Source: Heptranchias perlo | Taxonomy: Eukaryota | Reading direction: 5' to 3' | Assembly (NCBI RefSeq): GCF_035084215.1 | Contig: NC_090366.1 | Span: 10,168,001-10,232,000 of the forward strand | DNA length: 64,000 nucleotides | Part shown: piece after piece, positions 26,513 to 39,137 of the stretch | How positions within the stretch are numbered: position 1 is the first letter of the stretch | Layout of the letters: each line of letters begins with the position of its first letter | Made by a program: the position numbers and the translations under genes | Notes under the pieces: model-generated | Told to the model about the DNA's origin: nothing | What the model saw: the letters and a program-made list of their open reading frames with translations, nothing else | The model's database searches: none

Positions 26513-27176
26513 AATTTGGAAAAATATTATGTTTTAATAATTAAAACCCGTGTTGTTCCTTCACAGTTATCCCTGTGTGGATTACTTTGACTCCAACACT
26601 TGTGCAGCTGTAGAAAAGTGTTGGGCAGGGCCAGGTTGCTAAGAAATGGGGACAACAATGTCGAAATGGTTTCATTTTCATCGAAGGAATTCAGCACCAG
26701 CCTGCTGTAAAACCATTAATTGATGCACGTTACAGAGTGAATTAAAAATCTGTGATGGCAGAGGGATCTCCATTTGCACTTAGTTTTAATTGAAAGTTAA
26801 TTGGTTCAATAAACTTGGGGATATCCTTCTCTGGTAAGTAGAACCACTCAAATATCTATAATGAGGAACGGGATGTCGGAGAGGGGGAGAGACACTGTTG
26901 GGGGCCAGGAAGATACTTCTGGAGGGCACAGGGCCAGAGAGAGGGGGGTACGTACTTAATGCTGTTTATATCTTGCTGGTTAAGTAGAGAATGGGGGAAT
27001 GTTTGAGGCTTGTGGATCTGGAGAGAGCATTGGCCTCAACATCGGAAAGGGGAGAGAGAGCCGAGAGATTGAGATTGAGATTGTGCTTTGAACGGGATTG
27101 TAGACCAGTGCTGCTGGGGACAAAGGGATATAAATTTGTCCTTGGTTGTATGGCATCAGATGCCGGTTATACCCCC

Positions 27177-27803
27177 ACCGAATATCAGGCTGGGCCTATA
27201 ACAGGAGGCCGATGTGTCGGGACTGAATATCAGGCCGGGCCGATAACAGGAGGCCGATGTGTCGGGACTGAATATCAGGCCAGGCCTATAACAGGAGGCC
27301 GATGTGTCGGGACTGAATATCAGGCCGGGCCTATAACAGGAGGCCGATGTGTCGGGACTGAATATCAGGCCGGGCCTATAACAGGAGGCCGATGTGTCGG
27401 GACTGAATATCAGGCCGGGCCTATTGCAGGAGGCCGATGTGTCGGGACTGAATATCAGGCCGGGCCTATAACAGGAGGCCGATGTGTCGGGACTGAATAT
27501 CAGGCCGGGCCTATAACAGGAGGCCGATGTGTCGGGACTGAATATCAGGCCGGGCCTATAACAGGAGGCCGATGTGTCGGGACTGAATATCAGGCCGGGC
27601 CTATAACAGGAGGCCGATGTGTCGGGACTGAATATCAGGCCGGGCCTATAACAGGAGGCCGATGTGTCGGGACTGAATATCAGGCCGGGCCTATTGCAGG
27701 AGGCCGATGTGTCGGGACTGAATATCAGGCCGGGCCTATAACAGGCAGCCAATATGTTGGGTCTGAATATCAGGGCAGGCCTAGAACAGGTGGCCAATGC
27801 GAT
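27177..27803 (+). repeat. 45-bp minisatellite, 12 near-perfect + 2 degenerate copies
   Basis: Unit actgaatatcaggccgggcctataacaggaggccgatgtgtcggg. Confidence 0.97.
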
Positions 27804-28097
27804 ACCGATGACTTTGCACTGCTGCCCAAGATGGATATATCTACCACAGATCGACAATATCTACCACATCTCGCCATTCCCCCATCCCTCTCTCCCACTC
27901 TCGCGCAAGGATCAAAGCAACACCTCTCCTCCCCACTCCCAACTCCCCGCTGCACCTCAAGCCCACACCTACCAGGAAAGGGTTAATCAGACTCCCCCCT
28001 GAAGTCGACTTTTGATTTCTCTTTAGATTGTGGTAATCTTAACCTTTTAGCCTTTGCTTGATAAGCAGGGACCAAGACTAAATTCCCATCCATCAGC

Positions 28098-28335
28098 TCA
28101 GCAGCAACCAAGGGGCCCAATGAATTCCATCCACTGCTTTCGGTTCTGAACTAACCTGTCCGCTTCAGTCATCTGTATCCCTTTCTGTGACAAATCACTC
28201 ATGGCAACGTCTACCCAGTGTTTCCTTGGTCTACCTCGGCCTCTTGTTCTACATATCTCCGTGTGCAGGGCCATGGGGGATAATCTCATTGTTACCGCCC
28301 TTGAAACGCGCCCAAATCATTGCATTCGCCTTTTT
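28098..28335 (-). mobile_element. RTE-clade LINE 3' coding remnant
   Basis: RRMQ*FGRV..ALH..RGRGRPRKHWVD..QNRKQW resembles the RTE C-terminal WFGHV..GRPRKRW..DR..W motif. Confidence 0.65.
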
Positions 28336-28914
28336 TTGGATCTTCTGCAGGAGTGCCATTATATAACCAGCAGAGATGAGCTGGTTGAGAGGCCTAATGG
28401 GAGTACTGAGCATCCAATGGCTCAAAGATTATATAATAAGAACCTGATAACCAGTGAACTGTTGGATACAGCGATGGTCAGTTTGAGGATGAGGTGGAGG
28501 GATGGGGGAATTCTGGGCTGCTCAGTTAACGACATGCCTTGGAATATCGGTTCCTATGTTTCAGAATTATGAAATCATTGATAAGTTTCAGGGAGCTAAT
28601 AATGGCTTTGAACATCGGTGAATCTTGCAAAAACACCCTGGCATACATCGTCCTTTTTAATTGGGGTTTCTGTAAAATGAGGAGTTTCACTGGTACTGGA
28701 TGAGACTGAAACAAGGACAAACTTGTAATGACTTGGTCGAACAGCAATTATATGCAGCAAGAGTGAAACTATTGATAAGATAGCAAAGTAAGGGAATTAT
28801 ACCGATCGCATTAGCCCAGTGGAAAAATAAATAATTTTGTAAGAAAGCCAACTTATTAACTGAAGTAATTGAGGAACAAGTTCGATTAAATTCTCCTTAT
28901 ATGGGGTTGTTGCT

Positions 28915-29422
28915 TTGGAGGCGGTTCAGAGAAGGTTCACTCGACTGATTCCTGGGATGAGGGGGTTATCTTATGAGGAAAGGTTGGACAAGTTGGGCCT
29001 GTATGCATTGGAGTTTAGAAGAATGAGAGGTGATCTTATTGAAACATGTAAGATCCTGAGGGGACGAGAAGGGGTAGATGCTGAGAGGATGTTTCCCCTT
29101 GTGGGAGAGACTAGAACTAGGGGACAGAGTTTAAAAATAAGGGGTCTCCCATTTAAGACGGAGATGAGGAGAATTTTTTTCTCTCAGAGGGTCGTGAGTC
29201 TGTGGAACTCCCTTCCCCAGAGAGCGGTGGAGGCTGGGTCAGTGAATATTTTTAAGGCTGAGTTCGCTAGATTCCTGATCAACAAGGGAATCAAAGGTTA
29301 TAGTAGGTAGACGGGAAAGTAGGGTTGAGGTCACAATCAGATCAGCCATGATCTTATCAAATGGCAGAGCAGGCTCGAGGGGCCGAATGGCCTACTCCTG
29401 CTCTTAATTCGTCTGTTCGTAT
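28915..29422 (+). mobile_element. CR1 3' fragment
   Basis: VQRRFTRLIPG..RRMRGDLIE..WNSLP plus tail. Confidence 0.92.
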
Positions 29423-31911
29423 AACGAGCCTGCAGACATTGTGGCTCCTGTATTCAAAATTGCTGCTTTTTTTGCTTTATACTTTATTTTACGAGTGTGG
29501 CATGAAAGTTAATTGTGGCCCTTGAAGTGTGACAGCCAGGAAACAGATACTAGACTTATCATTTATAAAATTCCTAGCAGATTTCCTGTGGCATTGTTCA
29601 TGGGTGTGTTGGAGAGGATGCTATTTTATGTCATGTGACAAACAAACTGAGAGAATGGTCACATGGAGTGATCATTTCTCAATGATACTTTCAAGCTAAT
29701 GGAGTTAAAGGTTACCCATACTCCTCAGTCAGAGTGAAACTGCTCTATCATCTCTATATCCTTTCCAGTGGTTGCACACTTGCTGATCATGTTTGGTCAG
29801 TTCTGCCCCCATTAGTATTAAACGAAGGTGACAGAAGACATACAGATAGCGTCAAACACTTGAGGGAACGGAGCATGTTCAAGAAGGGGTCTCCCATTTA
29901 CGACGGAGATAAGGAAAATTTGAGCTCAGACGTGTTTGCGTCCCTAACCAAGGAATTATCAGGTGTGGTTGTACATATGATATTTTTAAGTACCACTGCA
30001 TGTACTAAATGCTTATTAAACCCAAGACACCTGGCCTCAAGGTTCAACAACATTATTAATTCAAGGAGCAGATCGAATATTTAATCATAAAGAAAATAAC
30101 CCTCTATCACACCCTTAGTATCTGCACCCAGCCCCCTCTAATCCTTTGCATATCCCACTACATCCTGGACTCATCAGTGCTGTTCAGGGTAACTGCTCCA
30201 AACCCACTATATCTGGTCCAAATAACAGATGCAACCCAGATGTCAAACCCCATCCCCTCAACTATCCCCAGGCCCCAGCTCCAAGTTTCTCATTCATTCT
30301 TGTCGTAGGCGGTTTCTCCGCCCTCGAACTTTGACCTTTCCCCTCGCCAATGCTGATCCACCCCATTCAGGGTGCTGTCTTCAAAAGAAAAAAAACACCC
30401 ACAAAAGTACAAGATAAGGGGGGGGCCGTGTGTGAGACGCGCAGAGAGAGGGGAGGCCGGGCGGGAGAGTGAAGGAAGCATAGGATCCATGGAAGGAGCG
30501 AGGGGAAGAATGGGAGACATCGGTATGGAGCAGGGCAAGGGGCAAGAGTGGAAAACAAGCGCAAGAGAAAGAAAGAGAGGGAAATTGGTCTGACTATTGG
30601 GCGGGGCCTATAACGGGCGGCAGTTGCGATACCGTCCGTTTTGCGTCCCCGCCCAAGTCCAAATTCACCCCCAAATTTGAGTGAGAGAGAAGCAGAGACA
30701 GCGAAATTGGAAGGGTGACTTTTTTTTCAATTTTGGACGACGAGCGGCATGGCCAGAGCGAAGCTGGTTAATTTCCACTCCTGAAATTGACCTGAAATTT
30801 CTGCAGAGGTCAGTTTCTCATCAAAGTATCTGGTCCCTCACTCACCGATGGTGACATGTCCTCTTGATTGGTGATTTGGTTGATTGGTGATATTGTCTTA
30901 ATGACTCCACTTTACCTTGCTGGGGTATTAGGACCTTTTGGTTTTCTGTACACTGTCGGCCTCTCCCCTGGTTCAGTGAGTCATGGGACCAGGTGTTGTG
31001 CAAAGGTCCAGGGAGTCCTCCTTGGCCTCAGTGCCACACTGTGATCACCAGGCCTGCGGGCGTGACTAATCTCGATGCCTCAGCCCGCTGTTGATCAAAA
31101 CGTATTTTAGTCTCACGGCAAAGATGGAGGAATTTCTGGCAAGAAAGCGTTTGAAGATATGAGTCCAGAAACGACTGCTCCGATTCTTCTTTTGTGGAGC
31201 AGTGCGCAATGCGATGGTATGACATTCATATGTCTCCTGTTTTAAGAGGCCTTAACCCCATGTAATTCAAACGGATAATGACTGCAATGAAATAATGGGC
31301 AGGGGAATGGGAATAATGTTCCTCGGTTAATATCGAAAACCGTAATTTCCAGGCTATACACCGCTCCCCAAATGACTAGGGATTGGTCGATATACCTCGC
31401 TGTTCTAATGAGGTGCCCACCATGAGGTGGGGTGAGTGTAACCAGTGGAAGTGTATTGTCCATTGCTTCGATTTTGTCAAGCCATAAAGAGATGGAGGGA
31501 GAGAGGCAGAAATGAAGGTTGGAGGCTTCATGCCTTTCCTGTTTATTGCATAGAAGTGCGAGAGGAGATATTCGCAGATATGGGTCTCTGATTTTGTGGT
31601 GAAGGCATAAATTAAATGCCTCGTTGTTATGGTGTGGGTCACAGTGCGTGTGTGCCATAGTGTGTATCACATTCCAGACATCTGGCAGTGTTGAGTCAAT
31701 CAACATACTTCTGGACGAAAAATGCAGAGGATTAACTGACTGGTCTAACCAGTTCCTGAAATTGAAACGTAGTGGTAGTTTAAGGATTTCTAAAACCAGG
31801 TAAACTTCTACATCACAAAACGAGCCAGGCCATTCGGCCCATCTTAACTCATCCATGCTGACTGATTCTAACGCTCCATTATACCATCTAATAGCTTGAA
31901 TGATTCCAGGG

Positions 31912-33420
31912 TTTTTTTTAATATTAATTCATGGGATGTGGGCGTCGCTGGCGAGGCCGGCATTTATTGCCCATTCGTAATTGCCCTTGAGAAGGTGGTG
32001 GTGAGCCGCCTTCTTGAACCACTGCAGTCCGTGTGGTGAAGGTTCTCCCACAGTGCTGTTAGGTAGGGAGTTCCAGGATTTTGACCCAGCGACGATGAAG
32101 GAACGGCCGATATATTTCCAAGTCGGGATGGTGTGTGACTTGGAGGGGAATGTGCAGGTGGTGTTGTTCCCATGTGCCTGCTGCCCTTGTCCTTCTAGGT
32201 GGTAGAGGTCGCAGGTTTAGGAGGTGCTGTCGAAGAAGCCTTGGCGAGTTGCTGCAGTGCATCCTGTGGACGGTACACACTGCAGCCACAGTGCGCCGGT
32301 GGTGAAGGGAGTGAATGTTTAGGGTGGTGGATGGGGTGCCAATCAAGCGGGCTGCTTTGTCCTGGATGGTGTCAAGCTTCTTGAGTGTTGTTGGAGCTGC
32401 ATTCATCCGGGCAAGTGAAGAGTATTCCATCACACTCCTGACTTGTGCCTTGTAGATGGTGGAAAGGCTTTGGGGAGTCAGGAGGTGAGTCACTCGCCGC
32501 AGAATACCCAGCCTCCGACCTGATCTTGTAGCCACAGTATTTATATGGCTGGTCCAGTTAATTTTCTGGTCAATGGAGACCCCCAGGATGTTGATGGTGG
32601 GGGATTCGGTGATGGTAATGCCGTTGAATGTCAAGGGGAGGTGGTTAGACTCTCTCTTGCTGGAGATGGTCATTGCCTGGCACTTGTATGGTGCGAATTT
32701 ACTTGTCACTTATCAGTCTAAACTTGAAAGTTTTCCAGGTCTTGCTGCATGCGGGCATGGACTGTTTCATTATCTGAGGGGTTGTGCATGGAACTGAACA
32801 CTGTGCAATCATCAACGAACATCTTCATTTCTGACCTTATGATGGAGGGAAGGTCATTGATGAAGCAGCTGAAGATGGTTGGGCCTTGGACACTGCCCTG
32901 AGGAACTCCTGCGGAGATTTCCTGGGGCTGAGATGATTGGCCTCCAACAACCACTACCATCTTCCTTTGTGCTTGGTATGACTCCAGCCACTGTAGAATT
33001 TTTCCTCGATTCCCAATGACTTCAATTTTACTAGGGCTCCTTGGTGCCACACTCGGTCAAATGCTGCCTTGATGTCAAGGGCAGTCACTCTCACCTCACC
33101 TCTGGAATTCAGCTCTTTTGTCCATGTTTGGACCAAGGCTGTAATGAGGTCTGGAGCCGAGTGGTCCTGGCGGAACCCAAACTGAGCATCGGTGAGCAGG
33201 TTATTGGTGAGTAAATGCCGCTTGATAACACTGTCGACGACACCTTCCATCACTTTGCTGATGATTGAGAGTAGACTGATGGGGTGGTAATTGGCCGGAT
33301 TGGATTTGTCCTGCTTTTCGTGGACAGGACGTACCCGGGCAATTTTCCACATTGTCCGCATTGCAGCTGTACTGGAACAGCTTGGCTCGAGGTGCGGTTA
33401 GTTCTGGAGCACTACAGCTG
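31912..33420 (-). mobile_element. CR1-Zenon-like LINE, 5'-truncated, frameshifted
   Basis: RT motifs in ORFs 32954-33361, 32718-33050 and 32059-32709. Poly(T) at 31912. Confidence 0.92.
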
Positions 33421-34433
33421 CCTCCACTAATACCTCCTTTACTCCACCTGGAAGTTTATTCTAAATGCCGATCACTCTTTGTATGAAGAATTTCCTCATA
33501 TCAGGCCTTTCACCAGTTTGAACCTGTGCCCCCAGTTTGCTCCCATAGCTTAATTTAGATTGGATTTTAGGTTAACTTTTCCTGTGCCCATAATCTTTCC
33601 TACATCCCTTAAAGTTTCATATGACGTGTGAGTCAGAATTAAGCAAAATCAGTTGCCAACTACGTAACTTCAAAAAGTGCCAAATTCAGAGAAATGAAAA
33701 AGCAATTAAAACGATTAGCTGAATTGATTGACTTACACAATTCACAATCGACTCGCCCTCAAAAACCCCCGAACCTTCTTGTTCGTTCCTATACCATGCT
33801 CACTCAGGCCAAAACTTTCAAAAAAAAACTTATTTTTAAGTTATTGAACTTATCTTTAATCGCACCGCCGTTGCACAGAGCTGTTTCGTTTGATAATTTC
33901 ACAAGACTTCGGAATTTGAATGCGTCAGCGTTGCAATGTCAATCAGAAGTTCGTATATCAATAGCACCGAGTCATTCCTCAATATACTCCAGCTGCATCA
34001 ATCGAGCGTAAAGGAGAGAAGGGATAGCTTTGGACAGTGAAGCTTTGGTTCAGAGTGGGGCTCTCTCTAGTGGCTGTAACAGTTTTGGGTTAATTGATTA
34101 GATATGTCAATACACAGGTTCCCCAAACTACTTGCTATTTTACAATTTTAAAAGGTAATTTCTTTTTCGGGGAAAGAACCAGGCAACAAACAAAAGGAGA
34201 TGGAGCATTCTCGATTTAAAATAAATAGTTCTGGCATTCCAAATGACTGCTCTGGTAAACTATGTTTCCTCATAGTTTAAAGGTTACCACCTTAATTCTT
34301 CACTTTTCTGTTGTGCTTTACAGAGCAAAAGAGACTACAGTGTGGAAATCAAGCAGACAGCGCTCTTTGTGATGATCTCCAAAGCACCAAATCACAACAA
34401 TAGGATCATTGCCTTTTCGGTATTGCTAGCACG

Positions 34434-34533
34434 ATGAGCCTCTTTGTGCACGGCAAAGCTTTGGGCAGCGAACAAGAAACGCTGAATGGACAATGGCTCA
34501 TCTGCGTTCTACTGGTGCTTTTATTCTCCAAGG
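34434..34533 (+). CDS. Gene B leader exon (MSLFVHGKALGSEQETLNGQWLICVLLVLLFSK)
   Basis: Hydrophobic core WLICVLLVLLF, consensus phase-1 donor G|gtaagt, in-frame TAG upstream of the ATG. An acceptor at about 34323 suggests a further 5'UTR exon upstream. Confidence 0.8.
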
Positions 34534-34829
34534 GTAAGTCTCCATCATATTGTTTGGATTTTGCGAGCTTGGCACCAGAATTGGGAGATATTGGTGGTGA
34601 TCTGATGTTTCGATTGGGCGTCCTTTTGTTTGCATTTTTACATTTAAAATTGTTTAAGGCAATACTTTTTAAAGAGAGATGGCTAGACGTGTTAGATGGA
34701 CAAGTATGTGGCCTGGTTGTTATGGCCGTAGATCAGTAAATCAAGAGGCGCTGAGTTCAATTCCCACCAAATTTTGAAACTGAATCCAATAAATCAGGAC
34801 TGGCACTAACCATGACTTGGCTTGTGTTT

Positions 34830-35230
34830 CTTTGAGTTTGGAAGGTTGAAGGGGCTGATATAATCGAGTTGTTTAAAATGTTAAAAGGATTTAACAGAGT
34901 AGATACATAGAGAAATGGTTTCCTCTGGTGAGGGAGTCCAGAACAAGAGGGGCAGAATCTCAAAATTTGAGCGAGGCCATTCAGGAGCAAAATCTGGAGA
35001 TACGTTTTCACAGAGGGTAGTGGGAATATGGAATTATCTCCCCAGGCTTTGGATTCTGGGGGCGTCAATTGACATATTCAAGATTATGATCAATAGATTT
35101 TTGTTGGGTAAGGGTATCAGGGGATATGGATGAAAGGTGGATAAAGAGAGTTAACTAACAAAACAGCCATGATCGAATTGAATGCCGGAACAGGCTCGAG
35201 GGGCTGAATGGCCTACTCTTGCTCCTATGA
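34830..35230 (+). mobile_element. Old CR1 3' fragment
   Basis: FSQRVVGIWN plus the CR1 tail hairpin. Confidence 0.75.
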
Positions 35231-35257
35231 CGTTAGCCTTTGAAATCCATGCTAATT

Positions 35258-35620
35258 GCTTTTTTATTCACCCCGGGGATATGGGTGCCACTGGCAAGGC
35301 CGGCATTTATTGCCTATCTCTTGTTGCACCTAGTTTGAAAGGTTTGCTGTGCCATTTCAGAGGGCAGTTAACAATGAACCATGTTGGAGTGGGACTGGAG
35401 TCACCTATAGGCCAGACCGGGTAAGAAGGGCAGGTTTCCTTCTCTAAAGGGACATTAGGGAACCGTTGGGTTTTTACGACAGTCTGACAGCTTAATGGTC
35501 ACTTTTACTTTAAAGAAAAGCTAAGTTCATATTCCAAACTGCTATGGTGGGATTAACACTCACGTGCTTTGGATTATTGGTCTAGGCCTCTAGATTACTA
35601 GATCAGTAACATAACCACTT
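35258..35620 (-). mobile_element. Zenon-tailed tRNA SINE, diverged
   Basis: Homologous to 54611-55012. Confidence 0.7.
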
Positions 35621-37186
35621 CCCTATCCTCCTAACAAACAGAAACCTCCTCATTGTTCTGCCAATTTAATTGTCAGTTCCCATCTATTTGCTCCTCCAAC
35701 ACTTTGGGATCTGTGTCCAAAACACTTGTCAAATTTCAGTTTGTTTAATCTGTATCTCCCACATGGACTTGGCGTAGTTTGTCCCGCTGGCTCCTTCTGA
35801 ATGTTTGAACTCAATCAGTCTATGCAGTCAGGCTATTGGACACTGGGCATCATCGCAGTGCATCCCTTCCTTATCTCCCCCTGACGGCCACACACATGCA
35901 CTTTCCAGCAGGGGTCGCTGAAAAAGCACCAGGATTGGGAAGTTTCCTCCCCTCGTCTCCCCTATCCCCTCCTCTCCCCCCCCCTCCCTTCCTCCCTCCC
36001 CTCCCATCCTCCCTCCATTTAGCCCCCTCCCTTCCTTTCCTCCCCTCCCCTTCCCACCCCTCGCTCGGTGAGGTCAGAGAACTCAGCGCCGACTTGGATG
36101 AAACATTGGGTTGCAATGGTCCGTGTGGGCCAGTCCCACGTCACATGGTGCATTTAAACCAACGAGCTAGCACATTAACGTCACCACGTCACTAACTGAT
36201 GTCGTTCCCTGTTGTCTTTGGCTGCGTCCGTCAGCTGTGCTAACACCATGGCAACTATGCAGACAATGCTCGATAAACAAGGATTGGACACGATTCATGA
36301 ATGGAATGCAGTCAGAACCTGTCGGGCGTCATTTTTAATGCAATAGTTCAAAGTTCAATTCAGTGTCAGAGAGAAGAATGCAGACAGAAAATGAACGGCA
36401 GTCGACGTCAATGAATCCTGTCATTAAGAAACGAGAAACAGATGCAGAAACATCTAGCTGTGAACCATAAGAGGTGCACCAAATAACCAATTGGAAAGAA
36501 AGTAGTTAAGGTTGCACAGTTAGGAAGGCCCCTATCAATCTCTTAATAGCCTGTCACTCGTAGATTCCCAGCCTTACCGCGTTAACTCAGCGTTTGCAAG
36601 ATTTGTTCCATTGAGATGAATACGCCCAAGGGCAGGGAGAGAGGGACAATACACCTGCAATTCTCCATGACTGACAGTAACATTTACAGTTTCAATATTT
36701 GCTCAACAAAACAATCTTAATGGGAGAGAGTCTAGAGATTACTGCTGGTGATATGAGGGAGGTAAACTTAACTGATTGATATAACAATGATCTGTGGGCT
36801 ATCTTGAGGGATACGGTGAACAGAGGAACAGAAGGAGGCCATTCAGCCCCTCTTCCGCCATTCAATAAGATCATGGCTGCGATCTTGCCCAGCGTTAAAA
36901 TGGGGTTGACACTCTATTAATACAGAAGATGCTTCAAGTGTCCCTCAGTTAATATTACCAGCAGTTTCTATCTTATGGAGAGAGAATGCTGATTGGAAGC
37001 AAGCATGGTTAGACTCCCATCGCATCTTTTATTAGCTCCACACCCCTGCTTTATTGACATTGAGCTGCACTGTCACTGAGCAGAAGCACTTCTTCACACA
37101 AAGGGGAGTGGAAATCTGGAACTCTCTCCCCCAAAAAACGGTTGAGGCTGGGGGTCAATTGGAAACTTCAGAACTGAGATTGATAG

Positions 37187-37645
37187 ATGGTACTTTACAA
37201 CTGTTCGGACTCAACATTGATTTCAATAATTCCCGATCATAACCAGTGCTCCCATTTATTCGGACAGCAGGTGCTGGTAATGGTTTTTCTCTTGCCATTT
37301 ACAGCTCCTCCAAACCCATCCATTGTTTCTTTACTTGTCCCATTCCCACCCTCCTTTTGCCTCTCATCATCATCCCTTTTGCCATTTAATCACCCCTGTC
37401 CTCCACCCTATCACAGACCCTCCTTTTGTTCTATCCTCCCCACCCCTCCCCAACTTTCCCTGGCTCTGTACTTGCTTAAAATCTATTAAATCTCAAATTT
37501 CTTCCATTTCGGAGAGAAGGTCATCGACCTGAAACGTTAGCTCTGTTTCCTTCTCCACAGATGCTGCCTGACCTGCTGAGTGTTTCCGGCATTTTCTGTT
37601 TTGATTTCAGATTTCCACCATCTGCAGTATTTTGCTTTTGTTGAC
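37187..37645 (+). mobile_element. Penelope-like element 3' end (GIY-YIG C-terminus + pLTR)
   Basis: GTLQLFGLNIDFNN resembles the TLxPxGLN end of Penelope ORFs and is followed by a degenerate hammerhead-like core ...aggtcatcgacctgaaac. Confidence 0.7.
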
Positions 37646-37739
37646 AGATTTTTGTCTGGCAACAAAAGGGAATTGGACATATACTTAAAAAGGGAATAAA
37701 TTTGCAAGGCTATCGGGACACAGCAGAAGGAATGGGTTA

Positions 37740-38350
37740 GTTGGTAGCTCCTTACCTAAGAAAGGATATACTTGCCTTCGAGGGAGTGCAGCGAAGGTTC
37801 ACCAGACTGATCCCTGGGATGGCAGGACTGTCGTATGAGGAGAGATTGGGTCGACTCGGCCTGTATTCACTAGAGTTTAGAAGAATGAGAGGGGATCTCA
37901 TTGAAACATATAAAATTCTGACAGGGCTAGACAGACTGGATGCAGGGAGGATGTTTCCCCTGGCTGGGGGGTCCAGAACGAGGGGTCACAGTCTCAGGAT
38001 ACGGGGTAGGACATTTAGGACTGAGATGAGGAGAAATTTCTTCACTCAGAGGGTGGTGAACCTGTGGAATTCTCTACCACAGAAGGCTGTGGAGGCCAAG
38101 TCACTGAATATATTTAAGAAGGAGCTGGATAGATTTCTAGACACAAAAGGCATCAAGAGGTATGGGGAGAGAGCGGGAATATGGTATTGAGATAGAGGAT
38201 CAGCCATGATCATATTGAATGGCGGAGCAAGCTCGAAGGGCCGAATGGCCTACTCCTGCTCCTATTTTCTATGTTTCTATGTTTCAAAGAGCCAACACAA
38301 GCACGATGGGCCGAATGATCTCCTTCTGTGTTCTATCATTCTATGATTCG
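37740..38350 (+). mobile_element. CR1 3' fragment (young subfamily)
   Basis: ORF 37741-38190 plus (ttctatgt)n tail. Confidence 0.93.
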
Positions 38351-38807
38351 AAGACCAGTGCTGAGATGTCTTTCCCTTAATCTCTGATTAAATCTGTTTA
38401 AACAGTGAGGTTTGCCCTTCTCTATGTAATTGAGATTAATGGGCCTGAGATTGGTTCAAGATGTAACCCCCTGGGTATGATCTAAGGATTAATAAAATCT
38501 TTAACTCTGGAGAGGGTTCCATGATTCAAACCAACAGCACCCCTGAGTCTTCAGTGCTCAATATTGAGAGAGGTGCAACATTGGTGAAAGATTCCTTATT
38601 TTTTTGCTATTCTCCATTAAAATAACTGGTTTAAAGTGAACGTTTGCCCCATTTCACTAGGAATAGTGACATGAGGCGATCTTGCCCAAATCTGGTCAAC
38701 GTTTGGGTCCTTCAAAGGGCTCCCTCCTTCGCAACTCACCTTAGGAGGTCTAAGGATTTCAGACGCCCAAAGTTACAAGCGAATCACATTAGCCGTTCTT
38801 TTCGCAG

Positions 38808-39137
38808 AGGCGATGGCGCCCATTACCGTGGCAGAGCCTGAAGTATTCGCCATCCAGGGGAAGGTCTTCACCTTGTCTGCCCAGTTTCCACCGGGCTCCA
38901 TTGATAGCGCCACCTGGAGCAAACAGAATGGGAATGAGAAACAGATTGCAGACTGCCACGTTGCAGATAACCACTGGTACGGCAGTTATCAAGAGAGAGC
39001 AGAATGCAAGTTGCAAAATGACATGATTTCTCTGACGCTAAGACACTTCACCCCAATTGACGCAGGATTTTATGGTCTTGAAACGGTCACAAAACTTGGC
39101 TTCAGAGAAAAGTCTACATTTACAGTGAAGCCCTATG
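38808..39137 (+). CDS. Gene B Ig V-set exon (no B-F Cys; non-canonical Cys pair)
   Basis: Acceptor gttcttttcgcag|, donor G|gtgagt. Encodes VFAIQGKVFTLSAQF..ATW..YQERAE..SLTLRHFTPIDAGFY..FTVKPY. Confidence 0.9.

Noticed and set aside
27177-27803. CRISPR-like array (also considered for 21716-26430 and 40021-40657)
   Set aside because: Units are contiguous with no unique spacers, there are no cas genes, and the context is vertebrate.
30590-30672. CCAAT/GC-box/TATA-like cluster (attgggcggggcctataa) as the gene B promoter
   Set aside because: It resembles the MITE/Harbinger terminal sequence seen elsewhere (59370-59400, 60140-60170) and ends in aaattcacccc. There is no independent support.
29734-31856. 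ORFs 29734-30084 (+) and 31242-31856 (-) as genes
   Set aside because: No recognisable domain or splice structure; lengths are compatible with chance.
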